From the NCBI GenBank assembly GCA_043228905.1, contig JBHGNT010000013.1, positions 9,052,001-9,116,000 of the forward strand: a DNA stretch of 64,000 nt, read 5' to 3'. The stretch is from Azolla caroliniana (Eukaryota > Plantae > Polypodiophyta). Positions 1 through 12,540 of the stretch are shown piece after piece (position 1 is the first letter of the stretch; every line of letters starts with the position of its first letter). The position numbers and the translations under genes were made by a program. The notes below the pieces were generated by a model. That model was not told the DNA's origin. It saw only the letters and a list, made by a program, of their open reading frames with translations, and made no database searches.

Positions 1-54
1 GGCAAAGATCTCAGACGCCGGTGGAATAACAGGAAAGACCACTGACACCGCCAC

Positions 55-3050
55 ATGGCACGCAATTCTATTATAGTACATGACCTGCACATGCGGAGGC
101 TCAAAAAAGGCGCCAAGATGTTGAGAGAAAAACCCCCACGCATTGAGACCTTCTCCTATCGCGAACCAAGGAGAACAGACGTAGAGCGACGTGTGAAGAT
201 AAATCGTAGAGAGCTCGCACACAGAGAACCCCCTCCCTCAGAACTTTCTCTCTCACATTCTCGCCACCATCAAACCTCTCCAATGCTCTCTGACCTCGAC
301 GCAGAGATGGACTGCCAAACGCTGTCTGAAGCCGCCAAGAAATGGTTACAGCAGCACGGTCTGGAGGGTTTCTTAACGATCATGGAGGCAGCGCCACACA
401 AGGAGGCCGAGAAGATTATAAAAGAAATCGACACGGAGGTGATCACGGAGGAGGCGATCCGTGCGTTAATAGGCCTTCCGGAGGGCGGTATCTACACGAT
501 CGACAATCCTACCCCCGAGCAACTCATCAAATATTTCGGTGAGTACTCTATAGCCAGCAAGGGCTATAGGACACATGGCGGCGAAGATATGCTATTCCGG
601 GAAATTTCCCGTGTGCTCCACGAGTTCGGCCACGTGTACCCTCGACCCCCCGTCATGCCTCAGAACCGAGCAGGCTTGATCCTCTCAACGTACGAAGGGG
701 TCAAGGTAGATTGGCCGGTGTTGATCGCCGACAGGCTGTGTACGGCCATTGATATAGTAAGGGGAAAGGACGGCAAGGAAGGCCAGAAAATATGGCATGC
801 GGTGACACAATGGCTCACCCTATTGGCGCCACCGGTCGAGCCCGTCCAAACCAAGAAGCGGGGAAGAGCAACGGACGGCACCCCGAAACCTGCTTCGAAA
901 CGGCAACAACTGTTGGCCTCCAAAGCCACTAAGGGGAAGACTGCCGAAGCAGAGAAGGCGGCGAAGGAGCGCGCCAGCCGGAAGCGACCGACAGAAACGC
1001 ACGAGGAGACACCGGCACGGGCCTTGAAGAGCCCACTCCACCGACCGGCGCAACAGGAAACAAACACCTTGGCGGCAAGAATGAATGTCGGGACTCAAGC
1101 GGAAGAAATGGAGGAAGAACCTACGGAGCACCTCCAGTGGAGGCCGGTGAAGAGCACCGCTGAATCAGCCGGGAAGCATTTAGACCCACAGAAGGATGGA
1201 ACGCCCGCAACCCACGCCAAGGGAGGCATCGGAACCGGTTCGGATGGAACCGGTCACAGAAGTCCCGGCACAACAGGAAGCACCGGCAAGCCCCGTCACC
1301 CAAGAGCCGGAGATACAAAGGCCAACCGCCCCAGCTAGCCAAGAACAAGCAGATAAGGGGCGACTAGCCGAAACACCCTCAGAGCCGGAACGGCAAAGTG
1401 GTCAGCTGGCAGAACCAGAAGCGCAGCTTGACGCAGAAAGGCGAGACCAGCCACCGACGAGTGAACCCATCAGCCAACTCTCCGTGCAAGCGCAACAACA
1501 GTGCACCGGCAGCCAATGGCTCCGGTGGATAGGAGATCAAATTGCCGAAGTAGTCGGATGCATAGAGGTGGAGGAAAGAGTGCAAACGGAACGGTTGCTC
1601 GTCACAACCGATGAACTGGAGATGGCCCGGTCAAGGATCCGGTGCCTAGAACAAGACTTGGATAGGATAAGAGGAGATATGGCCAAAATGGCCTTAACCG
1701 CAACGCAGGTTCAAGCACCGGTAACTCCGGTTGATGTACAGAAGAATAAGACCCTGGAGACACAAACTGTCCTGGAGAAAGAGGCGGCGCAAACCCAAGA
1801 GCGTGCGGAATTACGAGATGAGCTCGCCGCACAAGAACCATTACGGAGCCGCGAACGCGACTTGAAGAAGGCGGCCAAAGAAGAATTAAGAAAGACTGCT
1901 GAGAACCTTCGCCAGAAAGAGGAAAACCTGCGTAAAGGACATCATGCTTACGACCGGCTGAAGGAGGAAAAAGAGAAAGTGCTGCAGGAAAAGGACAAGC
2001 TGCGACGGATGGCGGAGACGGAAATAGAAAGGCTAAAGGAAGAGATCTGTCAACAGACGGACAGGGAGGACTGCGCGCGCTGTCAGATCAACCAACGATT
2101 GAAGTAGAAGACCGATGATTTCGATCATCTGCATCGGAACTACAAGCAGCTGGAGACAGAGCATAAGCAACAACAGGAACGGATGGCCGAGCTCCGGCAA
2201 GAGGTTGATAGGGCCACAACGGCACTCGCAGAAGAACGAGCGGAAAGTTCCAAGCTATTGGAGGAAGAGGCGAATGACCGGATGGAGCTCCACAAACAGA
2301 ACCATGAAGACAAGGAAAGAGCGACAATGATACTACAGAGGTTGCAAACAACCTATCAAACTCAATTGTCGCATTATAGGGAGCAGGAGGCAGACACGGT
2401 TCGGATCATCAAGCAATTGAAGGAGGAGCGACAAGCCGCAGAAAATAAATCACAAATGGGAGCTGAATGGATCTAGTGCATCCTCCGGTCATGGCTCACT
2501 AAGACCAAAAGCTTGATTGATGACAACTCTGTGCGATGGTGGGCAAAATGGGCGCAGAATACGGCGGAACTCCAATTGCTTAGGGCGGACGTTGAAAACC
2601 GATGAAAGGAGGGCGACGACTGCTATATGCTAACCTCGGAGGACTTCACCACCATCAGGGATGAGCTGGCGGAAGATTTCACAACCCTGGAGGATGAACA
2701 ATTGGCGTAGGTCCGGCAGCTCGTAGCTCAACTGGACGATGATCTGCTGGAGGCTCAAATCCAGTTCGAAAGCTATGAGCGGTCCCGTCTCCGGGAAGAA
2801 AAAGCGCGAAAGGCGGCAACGGTCAAACTTAGTGATGAGGAACCGTCGCCGGTGCAAAGACCGGAGGGGGAACAGGCCGGGGTCAGTCAGCCACAGAAAA
2901 ATCCGACGGAGGAACCAACGACGGAAACGGCGGTGCCAAAGCGACAAACAGAGCAGTAGCCGCAGCCACAAACGGAACAACAGCAACAACAGATTCCCAA
3001 CGAGCCATTGGAAATTTTGGAGCAAAGCATTCTGGACATTTGGGACGAAG
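55..3050 (+). pseudogene. Frameshifted retrotransposon extra ORF (N-terminal globular plant-transposon-type domain plus long coiled coil)
   Basis: ORFs 55-1338, 1196-2107 and 2183-2476 join through frameshifts/stops. N-terminal WLQQHGLEGFL...ITEEAIRALIGLPEGG, then an E/K/R/Q-rich heptad region. No gag/pol motifs. Confidence 0.55.
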
Positions 3051-3109
3051 CGTAAAAGGGCCGGATAGTGGGTTCGACATACAAGGTACTGTCCCACGGG
3101 CGTGCCATG

Positions 3110-3493
3110 TGTTACCGGCCGGCGAAGAAGGCTTAAGGAGGTACAAACCAAAGTGTGAAAGGAATAGTTATTCGGGAACTGTTGTAATTAGTAGTCTTAA
3201 TATATACATATTATTATATAAGAAGATGTGGACGGACAAGACCGGAATCGGTATGCCGATCCGGATCCGGAACGATTCCGTAAAGGTGCCGTTTGGCACC
3301 GTTTTGTATTTCGCACCGGAGACCTATATAAAGGCTCGGTTACAATGTAATCAAGAGCAGATAATTAATAAAGCTTATTGTCTTAATCTTCGAGTGTTGA
3401 TTACTGTTCTGTATTTTTTGTTATATCTTACACGTGTTAATTACGGATGGCTAAGTAATCGATTAAGGTCTAATTAAGCGTTGTGCCGTACCA
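3110..3493 (+). repeat. LTR (3' LTR)
   Basis: Imperfect inverted ends TGTTACCGGC...GCCGTACCA; TATATAAA (~3326) followed by AATAAA (~3367) on the + strand. The right boundary abuts LINE sequence. Confidence 0.65.
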
Positions 3494-6400
3494 CCCTTTG
3501 GTGACGTGTCTTAAGTGGACACCCTGTGTTAGGCTGTTGTCCGGCCCTAGCAATAACACTCCAAAGATTTTTCCTATCCAGAAGGTTAAGGATGCAATGA
3601 ATACCATTTGGACGACATCCCCATCAGCCCACGACCCGATACAGGTACTAGAGGAAAAGATTATTAATTCTTCTTTGTTTCTTCAGAAAGTGGCTTGGGA
3701 GGAGTTGGTAAGGTGTCAATACCGTCTGCAATGCCTGAGGAAGACAGTCATCTGAGCTCAAAAGCTCACGCAAGTGGACCCATGTTGTGCTTGGGCGAAA
3801 GACAGGCTGCAGGAGGCCACTAGGTTGTTGCAAGAGGCCACTAGGTTGCTATAGGAGGTTAGATAGCAACGTGAGCAATTCCTCTTCAGAAAGTCGGCAA
3901 CATGGTGGGTTGTCAAGGGTGATGAAGTTAACAGGGAGTTTTTTCTTACCAATACTCCGAAAAGGAGGGGAACACATATTCATAGTCTCAAACGGGAGGA
4001 TGACTCAATGACGTTTGATCAAGAGGAAATCTTGCAAATTGCGACTAATTACTATAGAGACCTTTTAGCTCCTATGTTAACAAACGACCCTCCGAGTAGC
4101 CTGATGCATGATGTAATTACATGCTTGAAGACCAGGATCGGAGAGGCAGCTAAAGCGTAGTTGTCAAAAGCCATAGAGGAGGAAGAGATTGTAGCGGAGC
4201 TAGACAAGATACATAGTATGGCTTGTCCTAGTGCCGATGGCCTTCCCAAAGCCTTCTTCAAGGAGTTTTGGGAGCAAATTTTTCCAAGCTTGAAAGCTGG
4301 ACTGCAAGAGATGTGGAGAACGGGACGGATGCCGAGTAGCTTTAATGAAGGCTTGATCTACTTGATTCCGAAATCGGAGACTGCGTTGCATGAGATTAGA
4401 CAATGGAGGCCTATTACAATTTTAAATCTAATTTATAAAAATTTTGCTAACATATTAGTGCAAAGAATCAAGCCCTTCCTAGGAGATATCATCCAGTCCA
4501 ATCAAACCGGTTTCATGGAGCATCGTTCTATTATAATGGACAACGTGGTTTTGTTTTGGGAGGCTGTTGCAACGACGAAGGAGACCAATGAAAACTTAGC
4601 TTGTCTGATGCTCGACTTCGAGAAAGCCTATGATCGAGTGCAATGGTCTTTCTTGGAAGAAGTGATGAAGGTGATTGAGCTACCTTTGGAGTGGAAGTGT
4701 GTTGGCCAAGCCTTATATAGGAATGGCTCGAGTAAGGTGTTGATTGCAGGGAGGAAAGGAGCTCGAATCTTTCTAACTCGATCCATCAGGCAGGGTTATC
4801 CTCTTGCCCCCTTTCTTTTCCTCTTTATTACTGAAGCAATGTCCGCCCTTTTTAATAGTCAAGGGGCAAATCTTCATGGTCTTTCAATCCCTAATTCAAG
4901 GAAGTCCCTGTTGGACTCTGAGTTTGCGGACGATACGATGCTATACCTCCAAGGAAATGAAGCGAATCTTGAGAGGGCACAGAGTGCTATTGAGCTCTTT
5001 TGCAAGGCATCAGGAGCGTCCATCAATTGGAAGAAGTCCAAGGGTTTTTGGATCAGCTTGGAGTCTGAGCATATTTGGAAGCCAAATGTTGAATTCAAAT
5101 GGATTGCAAACGGGGAAGCCACTAGGTATCTGGGAATGTGGATTGGGGTAGATATCGACAAAGGAATTTAGTTGCAACAAATTCAAAGAAAAATCTGTGA
5201 CAAAATTCGCAACTGGTCAGGGATGAACTTATCATTGGCTGGCAGGATCATAGTAGCTAACCATGTGCTCTTGTCTACGTTATGGCATGCAGTTTCAGTG
5301 TGGATGTTTGACAAGCAAGTTATTCGTAATGTTAAAGCGTGTATTAGGGGATTCCTTTGGGCTGGGATGAGGAAAGACAACGCGACAGCCAAAGTATCAT
5401 AGTCTACGTTGGTTCTTCCCAAGAGTAAGGGGGGTTTAGGATTGATTGACCCTGGATTGCAGAGTCAGGCATTGTTATGTAAGGTATTGGTAAGGACCTT
5501 GCTACCTGGTAACGAGTTATGGAAAACATTGATACATAATAGGAGCATTGTCTGGAGTCCAAGACTGGGTGGGCATTGGAAGTCACAGAAAGCATGGCTT
5601 TTTTGTATGGACTTAAAGTTGAGGAAATCTAACCGGTTGCCTGATCGTACTTGTATGTCAGTGATGCAGGCATGGAGTATGCTCCGTCGGCATCTAAGTC
5701 GGAATCGTCCAAGCACTAGTGCTGAATGGATGTGCCAACCCCTACTGTGGAACGAGACCGTACAATCGCCAGAAGGAATGATGCTTGGACAAAGCAAGCG
5801 CATGCCGTGGGCTACATTGTATTGTCTAGGGATACACTCAGTGGCTGATTGGATGCGGCTGTCCAGCAATAATCGTGATCAATTATATGAAGACTTGGGA
5901 AAGGTTAGAAATGGCAGAAAGATGCTTGACGTAGTCAATACAACTGTCTCCTCGCTTCCTATTGGAAATGAGGAAGAGGGTGAATGGTTCGGACAATGTG
6001 ATGATACCGGAAAAATTATCAATGTCAGGGGTCTAGGAAAGAATGGGAAGACCATCCAGATGGGATTATTAGATGAAAGTGCAGGCTGGTACCCGATTAG
6101 AATTGTGGCAAGAGCCGGAAAGAAATGGAAGGTGAATCCACCAGTCGAAGAGGTTGAGGAGGACTGGATCTTGTACGTGGTTGAAGGCAAGCCTCTCGAG
6201 CGCGTAGAATGGGATCCCGCTGAATATACGTGGAAGGGAGAACAAGATAAATCATTAGGTTTCTTCGAATACTCAATGCGGTTGGGGAGGAAGTTAGGTT
6301 CGTATCGTGAGAAGTGTGCCAACAAGTGGTCCCATGCAGCTATCGATTCAGCCTTTGTGGATAGAACCAGGAACAGGATATGGAACTCATCCCTTCCCGA

Positions 6401-7310
6401 GCGGATCAAAGTGTTTTTCTGATTAATCACCCATCAGGCTGTTCCAACGGGAGAGTGGCTTGGGAATAGAGCCGACATGAGTGGTTGCAAGGCCTGTAGT
6501 GTGAGCTTGGAGGACATCTCTCATTGTTTGTGGTGTTGCCCTTGAGCGCAAGAAATTTGGTTGAGGAGCTTAAGAATCTTGGCTCGGTTCGGGGTTGAGG
6601 TTCATGTATCGAGCGCAACAATCACTTGGTTGGCCATTGAATCGGCCTCGTGGTTTCAAGGGTGGAATGGAAACTATCCTTCTTTAAAGGTGATGCAAGG
6701 ATCTGTCCAACCAGCACAAGGAGGTTTATTCTTCTTACAGGAACGTTGCGTGGACATATGGGTATTAGTGGTCGGCCTTACGGTCTGGCAAGTGTGGGTA
6801 TCTAGGTGCAATGAGACTTTCGCAAGTAAACGAACCCCACCGGTTGAGAATTTAATGATGATCTGGTTCAATCTTATTTCTACGTTGCGAGGTCAGTTTG
6901 AAAGTCTTCAAGGGCCATCTAACGCAAGTGAAGAAGCTAGAGCTCGTTTCTTGCTGAAATGGAGCACTTCGTCAATGTTGTAGATAATGGATGGTAAAGT
7001 GAAGTGGAATTATCAACCACCATGGTGGTTGTTCCCTCCAAGTGTACCTAACATCTAGATGGGTGCTGCCATGAGGAGTGAATGGAGGACATCTATGCTG
7101 AATTCTGTTTGTATGAGGCTCACGTGGAGAATATGCGTTCGAGTAATGCTATACACATCGAATGATGTGGTGCTTTGGAGTTGTTTTTTTTGTTGTTTCA
7201 TCTACACATATTGTTTTCCTTCGACATGCAAGATGTCCTGTAAGATATGAGTTGTAAATTATCCTTTGTACATTGCTTAACTAATGGAAGTAGTTTTTTT
7301 TTGGAAAGAC
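3494..7310 (+). mobile_element. Degenerate L1/Tx1-type LINE, ORF2 part (end of endonuclease, RT, zf-RVT-like C-terminus)
   Basis: ORF 4161-5171 has WRPITILN, LDFEKAYDRV, SIRQGYPLAP, EFADD and RYLG; followed by LSLAGRIIVANHVL and LPKSKGGLGL. Several in-frame stops; ends approximate. Confidence 0.9.
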
Positions 7311-7628
7311 AAACAACTAACTATTCTTAAAGACGATGCAATTAATGGCTGCGAATTATCAAATGCATAGAAAAGTCCAAAATTTCCACCTAGATTGAGC
7401 ATCAATGTATTATCATGTTCAAAAACATTTTGATTAAAGACCATGGTCAAACATGCACCATTTTGTTCTCTAGACATGAATGAACCCTCTTTTAAAAGGA
7501 ATTTTTACCAATATTTACCACATAGTGCATGGCCTTGGAACATTCTATTGCCCTACATTTGTTGCCTTGCCCACATTTCAAGGAAAGAACAAATACATGG
7601 CATTTGCTACAAACTTATGATTGGGAAG

Positions 7629-9117
7629 AAACCGTGCCATGTTTCCCTTGCATTTTACAAAGTTCCCTTGCCATATAACATGACGGTGTCTTCATAAAGC
7701 TTATGATCAACAACATTAAGCTTATGGTATATGACAAATCAATGACAATGAAGTCACAATGACTAGGTTTGTTGTTGTATTGCTATGAAGCCTGACTAAT
7801 ACTTAAAGAACAATTAATGTTAACATTTGACTTAATCACCAAAAGAGCATTATATAGTCATGCGCAAACTTACAATATGTAATATTGACCTTTATCCTAG
7901 CATTAGTTTGCTTCTAAATACTAGCTTTACAAAATTGACATGGACATTTGTTCCGTAACTTGATCATTGAGGATTTTTATTTTTAAAAACAAATTTATAG
8001 GACCAAGGTTGACGTTTGTTTACAACCTAGAGGTTTCATTGAATTTAAAGAGATCATGCTATCGATGCATTTTTGGATTTATATAAGGTGTCAACACCAT
8101 GTGCTGTTAAAAATGATGGTGTTTGTTTTCAAAAGTCCATGTGAGCAATGGATCGTGAATCTACAAATAATGTCAGCTAGAGGCATGGGTGCATCAATTA
8201 CGAAATGTGTCACACATAAATTTTAGGAAATATTTTTAGGCGTTTGAGTAATTTGGAATAATGTTCCCAACTGTTTCTACAAAACCAATGGGAAAGAGTT
8301 GCCCTTTTACATTAAACATCATAAATTTCAATGTTGAACTCTCATTTCGGTGATCCTTGGAGTTTTGAATCCTCTCACTACTATATTTCAAATGGTAGGA
8401 GTTTGGAAATATCTACCCAAAACATAAGCCATCCTTCAAAGAAAAAAGTATTTCGATTATATGGCATTTTCTTGCAAGGCCATTTCAACATGAGAATTGT
8501 GACCATCATGGAAATTATTTGATTGTTTATGGCAACAAAAACATGCAAATGTTTGCCTATAGTTGTAGCATCACAACATTATTTCTTTTGAAAAGTTAAA
8601 TGGGGTGTTAAGGCATTAATGTGGAAAATGAGCTCAACTAAGAAGATGCAACTTGGTTGGGACTCATCTTTCCATGTTGTATCCATTGCATGTGCTCTTA
8701 AATGCATTGTAAGCAAAGGTTTCCTCCTTTCATGCAACAACTGGCACATTCAATTCATCTATTATTGGAGGGTGTGCCAAGGCTAAGGTATTTGACTCTT
8801 TCTACCATCACACAATCTATGGTTTATCTACAATATTTATAATTTGGGATGGAGTGGGTGGTACAATATTAAGAGAAGTGAGAGTGAAAGAGAGAAACAC
8901 CATATGGTTTCTCATATTATACCAAGTAGGTCATACATTTTACTTGGCTAGACCCCTCATTTATCAACAAGAAGAGGCAAATGTGTTATTTGTAGAAACA
9001 TATAAATGCTTAGTTCTTAGAGACCATGAGAATATACTAATGTTACATCGAGTTACTAGGTGTTCTCGGTCACTTGGTAAAGTTTGGTGACTAGAGGTTC
9101 ATCAACATGATATAACA

Positions 9118-9176
<59 letters not shown>

Positions 9177-10390
9177 GAGAATGAGTGAAAAGGAATGTAG
9201 GATTGCTAGGTAAAATTGTTTACTGGAGTTGAGATAAGAAGGGTAGGCTCATCCACTATTATTATGGAAATAGGTTGGTACTCCGTAAACGGTTTCACGG
9301 AAGATGGTCGAGCAAAATATTGCCTACTATCATTGACCTAGATAGTTGTGATGCCCTAAAAACGAAAATGCAAAATGTCAATTAAATGTAGGAATTGCAT
9401 TTGGATATGTTGTCACTCTTGATCTATCAATTAGATTAAAAAGAAAACATTGCGCCAAAATTGAAGTTGTAGGGATGGAGGAAGTAGATGGATATTTTCG
9501 GATTAAAGAGATTTGTTTTACACGAACAACAAAACAACACCACTCAATTATCTCTTGGTGTTGAGCATGCTTCCAAATAAGATAGGGATGAGGGGTTTTA
9601 CTATAACAACTACAACTACTACCACTTGTTAGTGTTATTATTATATGATGCCATGTATGTATTGAAAGGGAAATTTCTAGATGAGATCTCTTCCTTGTTT
9701 TTGGGTAATTCCCTCTGTGTGTCATTTTATTGTGATTAGCTTACCCTAGTGCTAAGTTGTTACAATATAAGCACTACTTCATACATATATCTTAATTCAC
9801 TAGATGCCAATGTGGAATGTAGAGTTCTAGTATTGTAGAAAAGGTGTTGAGAGAGAGAGAGAGAGCCGGTTTATAACGCTATCAACCATGTATTACTTAT
9901 CTTTGGATGTCAACTTCACTGCCGAAGGAGAGCCAAGATATGCATACATAACATATACAAATCTAATTATTAATTATAATGCTTGGGTGGGTGGGTTCGT
10001 GGGATGGGTAGACCGTAGGATGGACGACTCACATGCGTGCATGTGTGTGAAGATGAGAAATGAGAAAACAAGAACATCGTTACAAGCATTCATGATCATG
10101 ATCATCATAAAAGGAGGAAAGTAAACGGTCGCCACCTAACTTAAACGAATTTCCAATCAATCAATAAATCAATGAGTCCAAGAAACGCTTCTGCCAAATA
10201 AAATATTATAAAGTATATGGACATGGGGGGTTTTTCCTTTTTGGGGTTGGGGATCTCTGTGTGAGTGTTCTGCCTGCCACCTATCCATATACATACATAT
10301 ATATATGTGATTGTGTGTGCAGTGGATTGGTAGTAGTTGTATGTGTCCGTCCGTCCATCCGTATATCTCCTCCATCTTTCCTCTCTTTCC

Positions 10391-10421
<31 letters not shown>

Positions 10422-10765
10422 TAGTATATACAATTAATTTTCCATGGCGAGCCCCCTGAGGACAATGATGATGATTGTGATGGTTATGAGCGTGAGCGTG
10501 GTGTCAGGGAAGCGGCAGGTGGTGCTGACGTACTACACGCAGCAGCAGTTCGGGGTGAACGAGTTCGGGATGGTGGCGGCGTCGGTGCCGGCGGTGAACG
10601 GCACGCGGACGGGCGTGGGGCTGGAGGTGGTGTACGACTACACCATCACCGCCGGCGGCAGCCCGACGTCGAAGGTGCTGGGCTTCATCCGCGGGACATC
10701 CGTGGTGGCCTCCAACACCGCCACCGCCACCTTCTTCGTCGTCAAGACGGTGGTCCACATCACCG
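7629..10765 (+). repeat. Copy A of a tandem segmental duplication of the dirigent locus (upstream region plus 5' CDS)
   Basis: Colinear with 15880-18882 and 33291-33553 (e.g. MLNSHF(G/R)DPWSFESSHYYIS at 8331 and 16558; shared GATA repeat before the ATG). Confidence 0.9.
9118..9180. repeat. Compound microsatellite (GT)n(GA)n(GACA)n
   Basis: Read directly from the sequence. Confidence 0.9.
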
Positions 10766-10980
10766 ATCCCGCGACTGGGCTGTCCGGCACCTTCTCCACG
10801 CAGGGCGAGGCTAACTTCGGCAGCGGCCAGCCCTTCGAGCTAGCCGTGCTGGGTGGCACCGGCGACTTCCGTCGTGTCTCCGGCTACACCATCGCCTCCA
10901 ACTTCAACTTCACGCCCCCAACTCCCACCTCCACTGCCAAGGTCACCAACGCCTACAAAACCTACCTCACTTTCCCCTAA
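10444..10980 (+). CDS. Dirigent-like protein, secreted, single exon, 178 aa
   Basis: Hydrophobic signal peptide; dirigent-type motifs GLEVVYDYTIT, SKVLGFIRG, SGTFSTQG and ELAVLGGTGDFRRVSGY; NGT sequon; high GC3 against an AT-rich background. Confidence 0.88.
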   Translation: MASPLRTMMMIVMVMSVSVVSGKRQVVLTYYTQQQFGVNEFGMVAASVPAVNGTRTGVGLEVVYDYTITAGGSPTSKVLGFIRGTSVVASNTATATFFVVKTVVHITDPATGLSGTFSTQGEANFGSGQPFELAVLGGTGDFRRVSGYTIASNFNFTPPTPTSTAKVTNAYKTYLTFP

Positions 10981-11334
10981 ACTTAACTTAACGACTTCCC
11001 CCTCCCTACCTCCCTCCCTCCCTCCCTCCCTCCCACACACACACCACTATCTCTCTCTCTCTCATTCATCATTTCAGACCCCCCTCTTTCTCCCAAACAT
11101 ATCTCATCTCATCTCTACTCCTTCCATCCTTATTTTTTTCCCACTTCCAGCTGCTGCTGCTGCTGGCTACCGAGCCGACTCGCCCCCGCCTATGCAGCTT
11201 TTTGTATTGCGTTTTATGATTAATATGTATTTGGAATAAGCAAGACACAGTTGGTTGGTCCATCATGTCCCGTCCCATCCCATCCCATCTACCTCGATTT
11301 GTAAGGAAACACTTTTGTTGGCTCACACTATATA

Positions 11335-11512
11335 TTAATGATAGATCACGCTGGAAAATTAAGTGATATTGCACACCAATGCACTTCGTCTCTGCATATT
11401 GTAGACGGGATTCTTAACCAAAAGGATTGGCACTCCAGCTATCACAGAAAATAATTTACTTATAATGCATGTGTCAGGAAATAGTCTACAGATCCATACA
11501 ACTTCCTTACAT
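11335..11512 (-). mobile_element. Highly decayed Ty1/copia RNase H remnant
   Basis: Minus strand reads KEVVWICRL...LVKNPVY..., resembling the copia RNase H KE-x-x-W...KNPV-x-H segment. Confidence 0.45.
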
Positions 11513-11611
11513 GCCTCACTCTCCATTGTAGAGAGAGAGAGAGAAAGAGAAGATGAAACTTTATTATTAGAAAAATGCGTCTCTCTACAACCAACCGACC
11601 AGAGAGAGAGA

Positions 11612-12308
11612 GAAAGAAAGAAAGAAAGAAAGATGTATTAACGTCTTCTAAGGCCAAATTTGGCCCATGAGACAATTGGTTTACAACAATAGAGTATTTA
11701 TCCAGCCATCATAACTAAAAAAAAAATTAAGTAAAAAAAATAAATAGAACTTAAACTAAAAGAGTTCTAGTAGTGTACAATATGTAGTATACTCGAAAGT
11801 GACTATACAGTAAGCCTAATTTTATTTCCACCCAAGCCTCTCGAAAAGAAGTGGGGGGTCAAAGGGTCTTGATGTGGGTTCCAATGTAGAGAGTGCCCTA
11901 GCCATGGCTTCTAGGCGGTGTAGCTCACGTTCCCTTATTTTTAATATTGCTTCCACATCACGTTGAGTTGTTTTGAAACCCGGCACCCGAGGACGTCTGG
12001 TTCTTCTCTGGTTTTCTGCCTCATCAATGGAAAGGCCGGGTGGTGCAAGTGTGTCGGCATTCGTTGTCTCCTCAGGTTCCTGAAAAACTGCATTTGTTAC
12101 ATGTTCGTGATCATTAGCAACATTATTGTCAACATTTTGTAATTTATTCTCTGTGTGTTGTTTTAGCTCTAGAATGTATTTGCCTAATTTCTTTATATCT
12201 AGAGTATCTAATAGTTTGGGGAGGGTGGGAGACGGACCAAGTATGTCTTGGTATTTTGCCCTTATCTCGGCATAGGTTGGACACTTGCATGTAAAGTGGT
12301 ACTCATCC
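11612..12308 (-). mobile_element. 5'-truncated copy of the RTEX-like LINE at 56657-61952
   Basis: Reverse complement is near-identical to 61261-61950 (end of ORF2, 3' UTR, (TTTC)n tail); the tail abuts a (GA)n tract. Confidence 0.92.
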
Positions 12309-12540
12309 TATATATATGCTGTGTAATCTTAAATTTTTACAACCTTCAAATTTGTCCGGATGAAGAGCCTCTGTTAGAAAATCAACCCCCATATGATTTG
12401 TCGATGTAAACTCTACGGTAAGCTTGTTTTCTTCGACCAACTCTCGTATAAAGTGGTATTTTAAATCCACATGCTTTGTTTTCTCTGACTGCTTTGGATT
12501 CTTCGTCAAGTAGATACATGATATGTTATCACTAACATTA
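12309..12540 (-). mobile_element. Ty1/copia RNase H fragment
   Basis: DNISCIYLTKNPKQSEKTKHVDLKYHFIRELVE...DFLTEAL. Confidence 0.8.

Larger units (their letters stand above)
1..3493 (+). mobile_element. 3' part of a non-chromovirus (Tat/Athila-like) Ty3/gypsy LTR retrotransposon: extra ORF region, tRNA-Arg mimic and 3' LTR
   Basis: Broken ORFs 55-3050; GTCCCACGGGCGTGCCA at 3091-3107; LTR 3110-3493. Homologous segments at 12540-15066 and 15067-15827. Clade assignment is inferred from the Arg-type primer sequence. Confidence 0.7.

Noticed and set aside
7310-9100. Possible decayed transposase or gene on the minus strand, duplicated at 15880-17340
   Set aside because: Only short ORFs and no recognisable motif; cannot be supported without a search.
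10504-11239. Alternative-frame and antisense ORFs over the dirigent gene
   Set aside because: Shadow ORFs caused by high GC3 and CCCT repeats.
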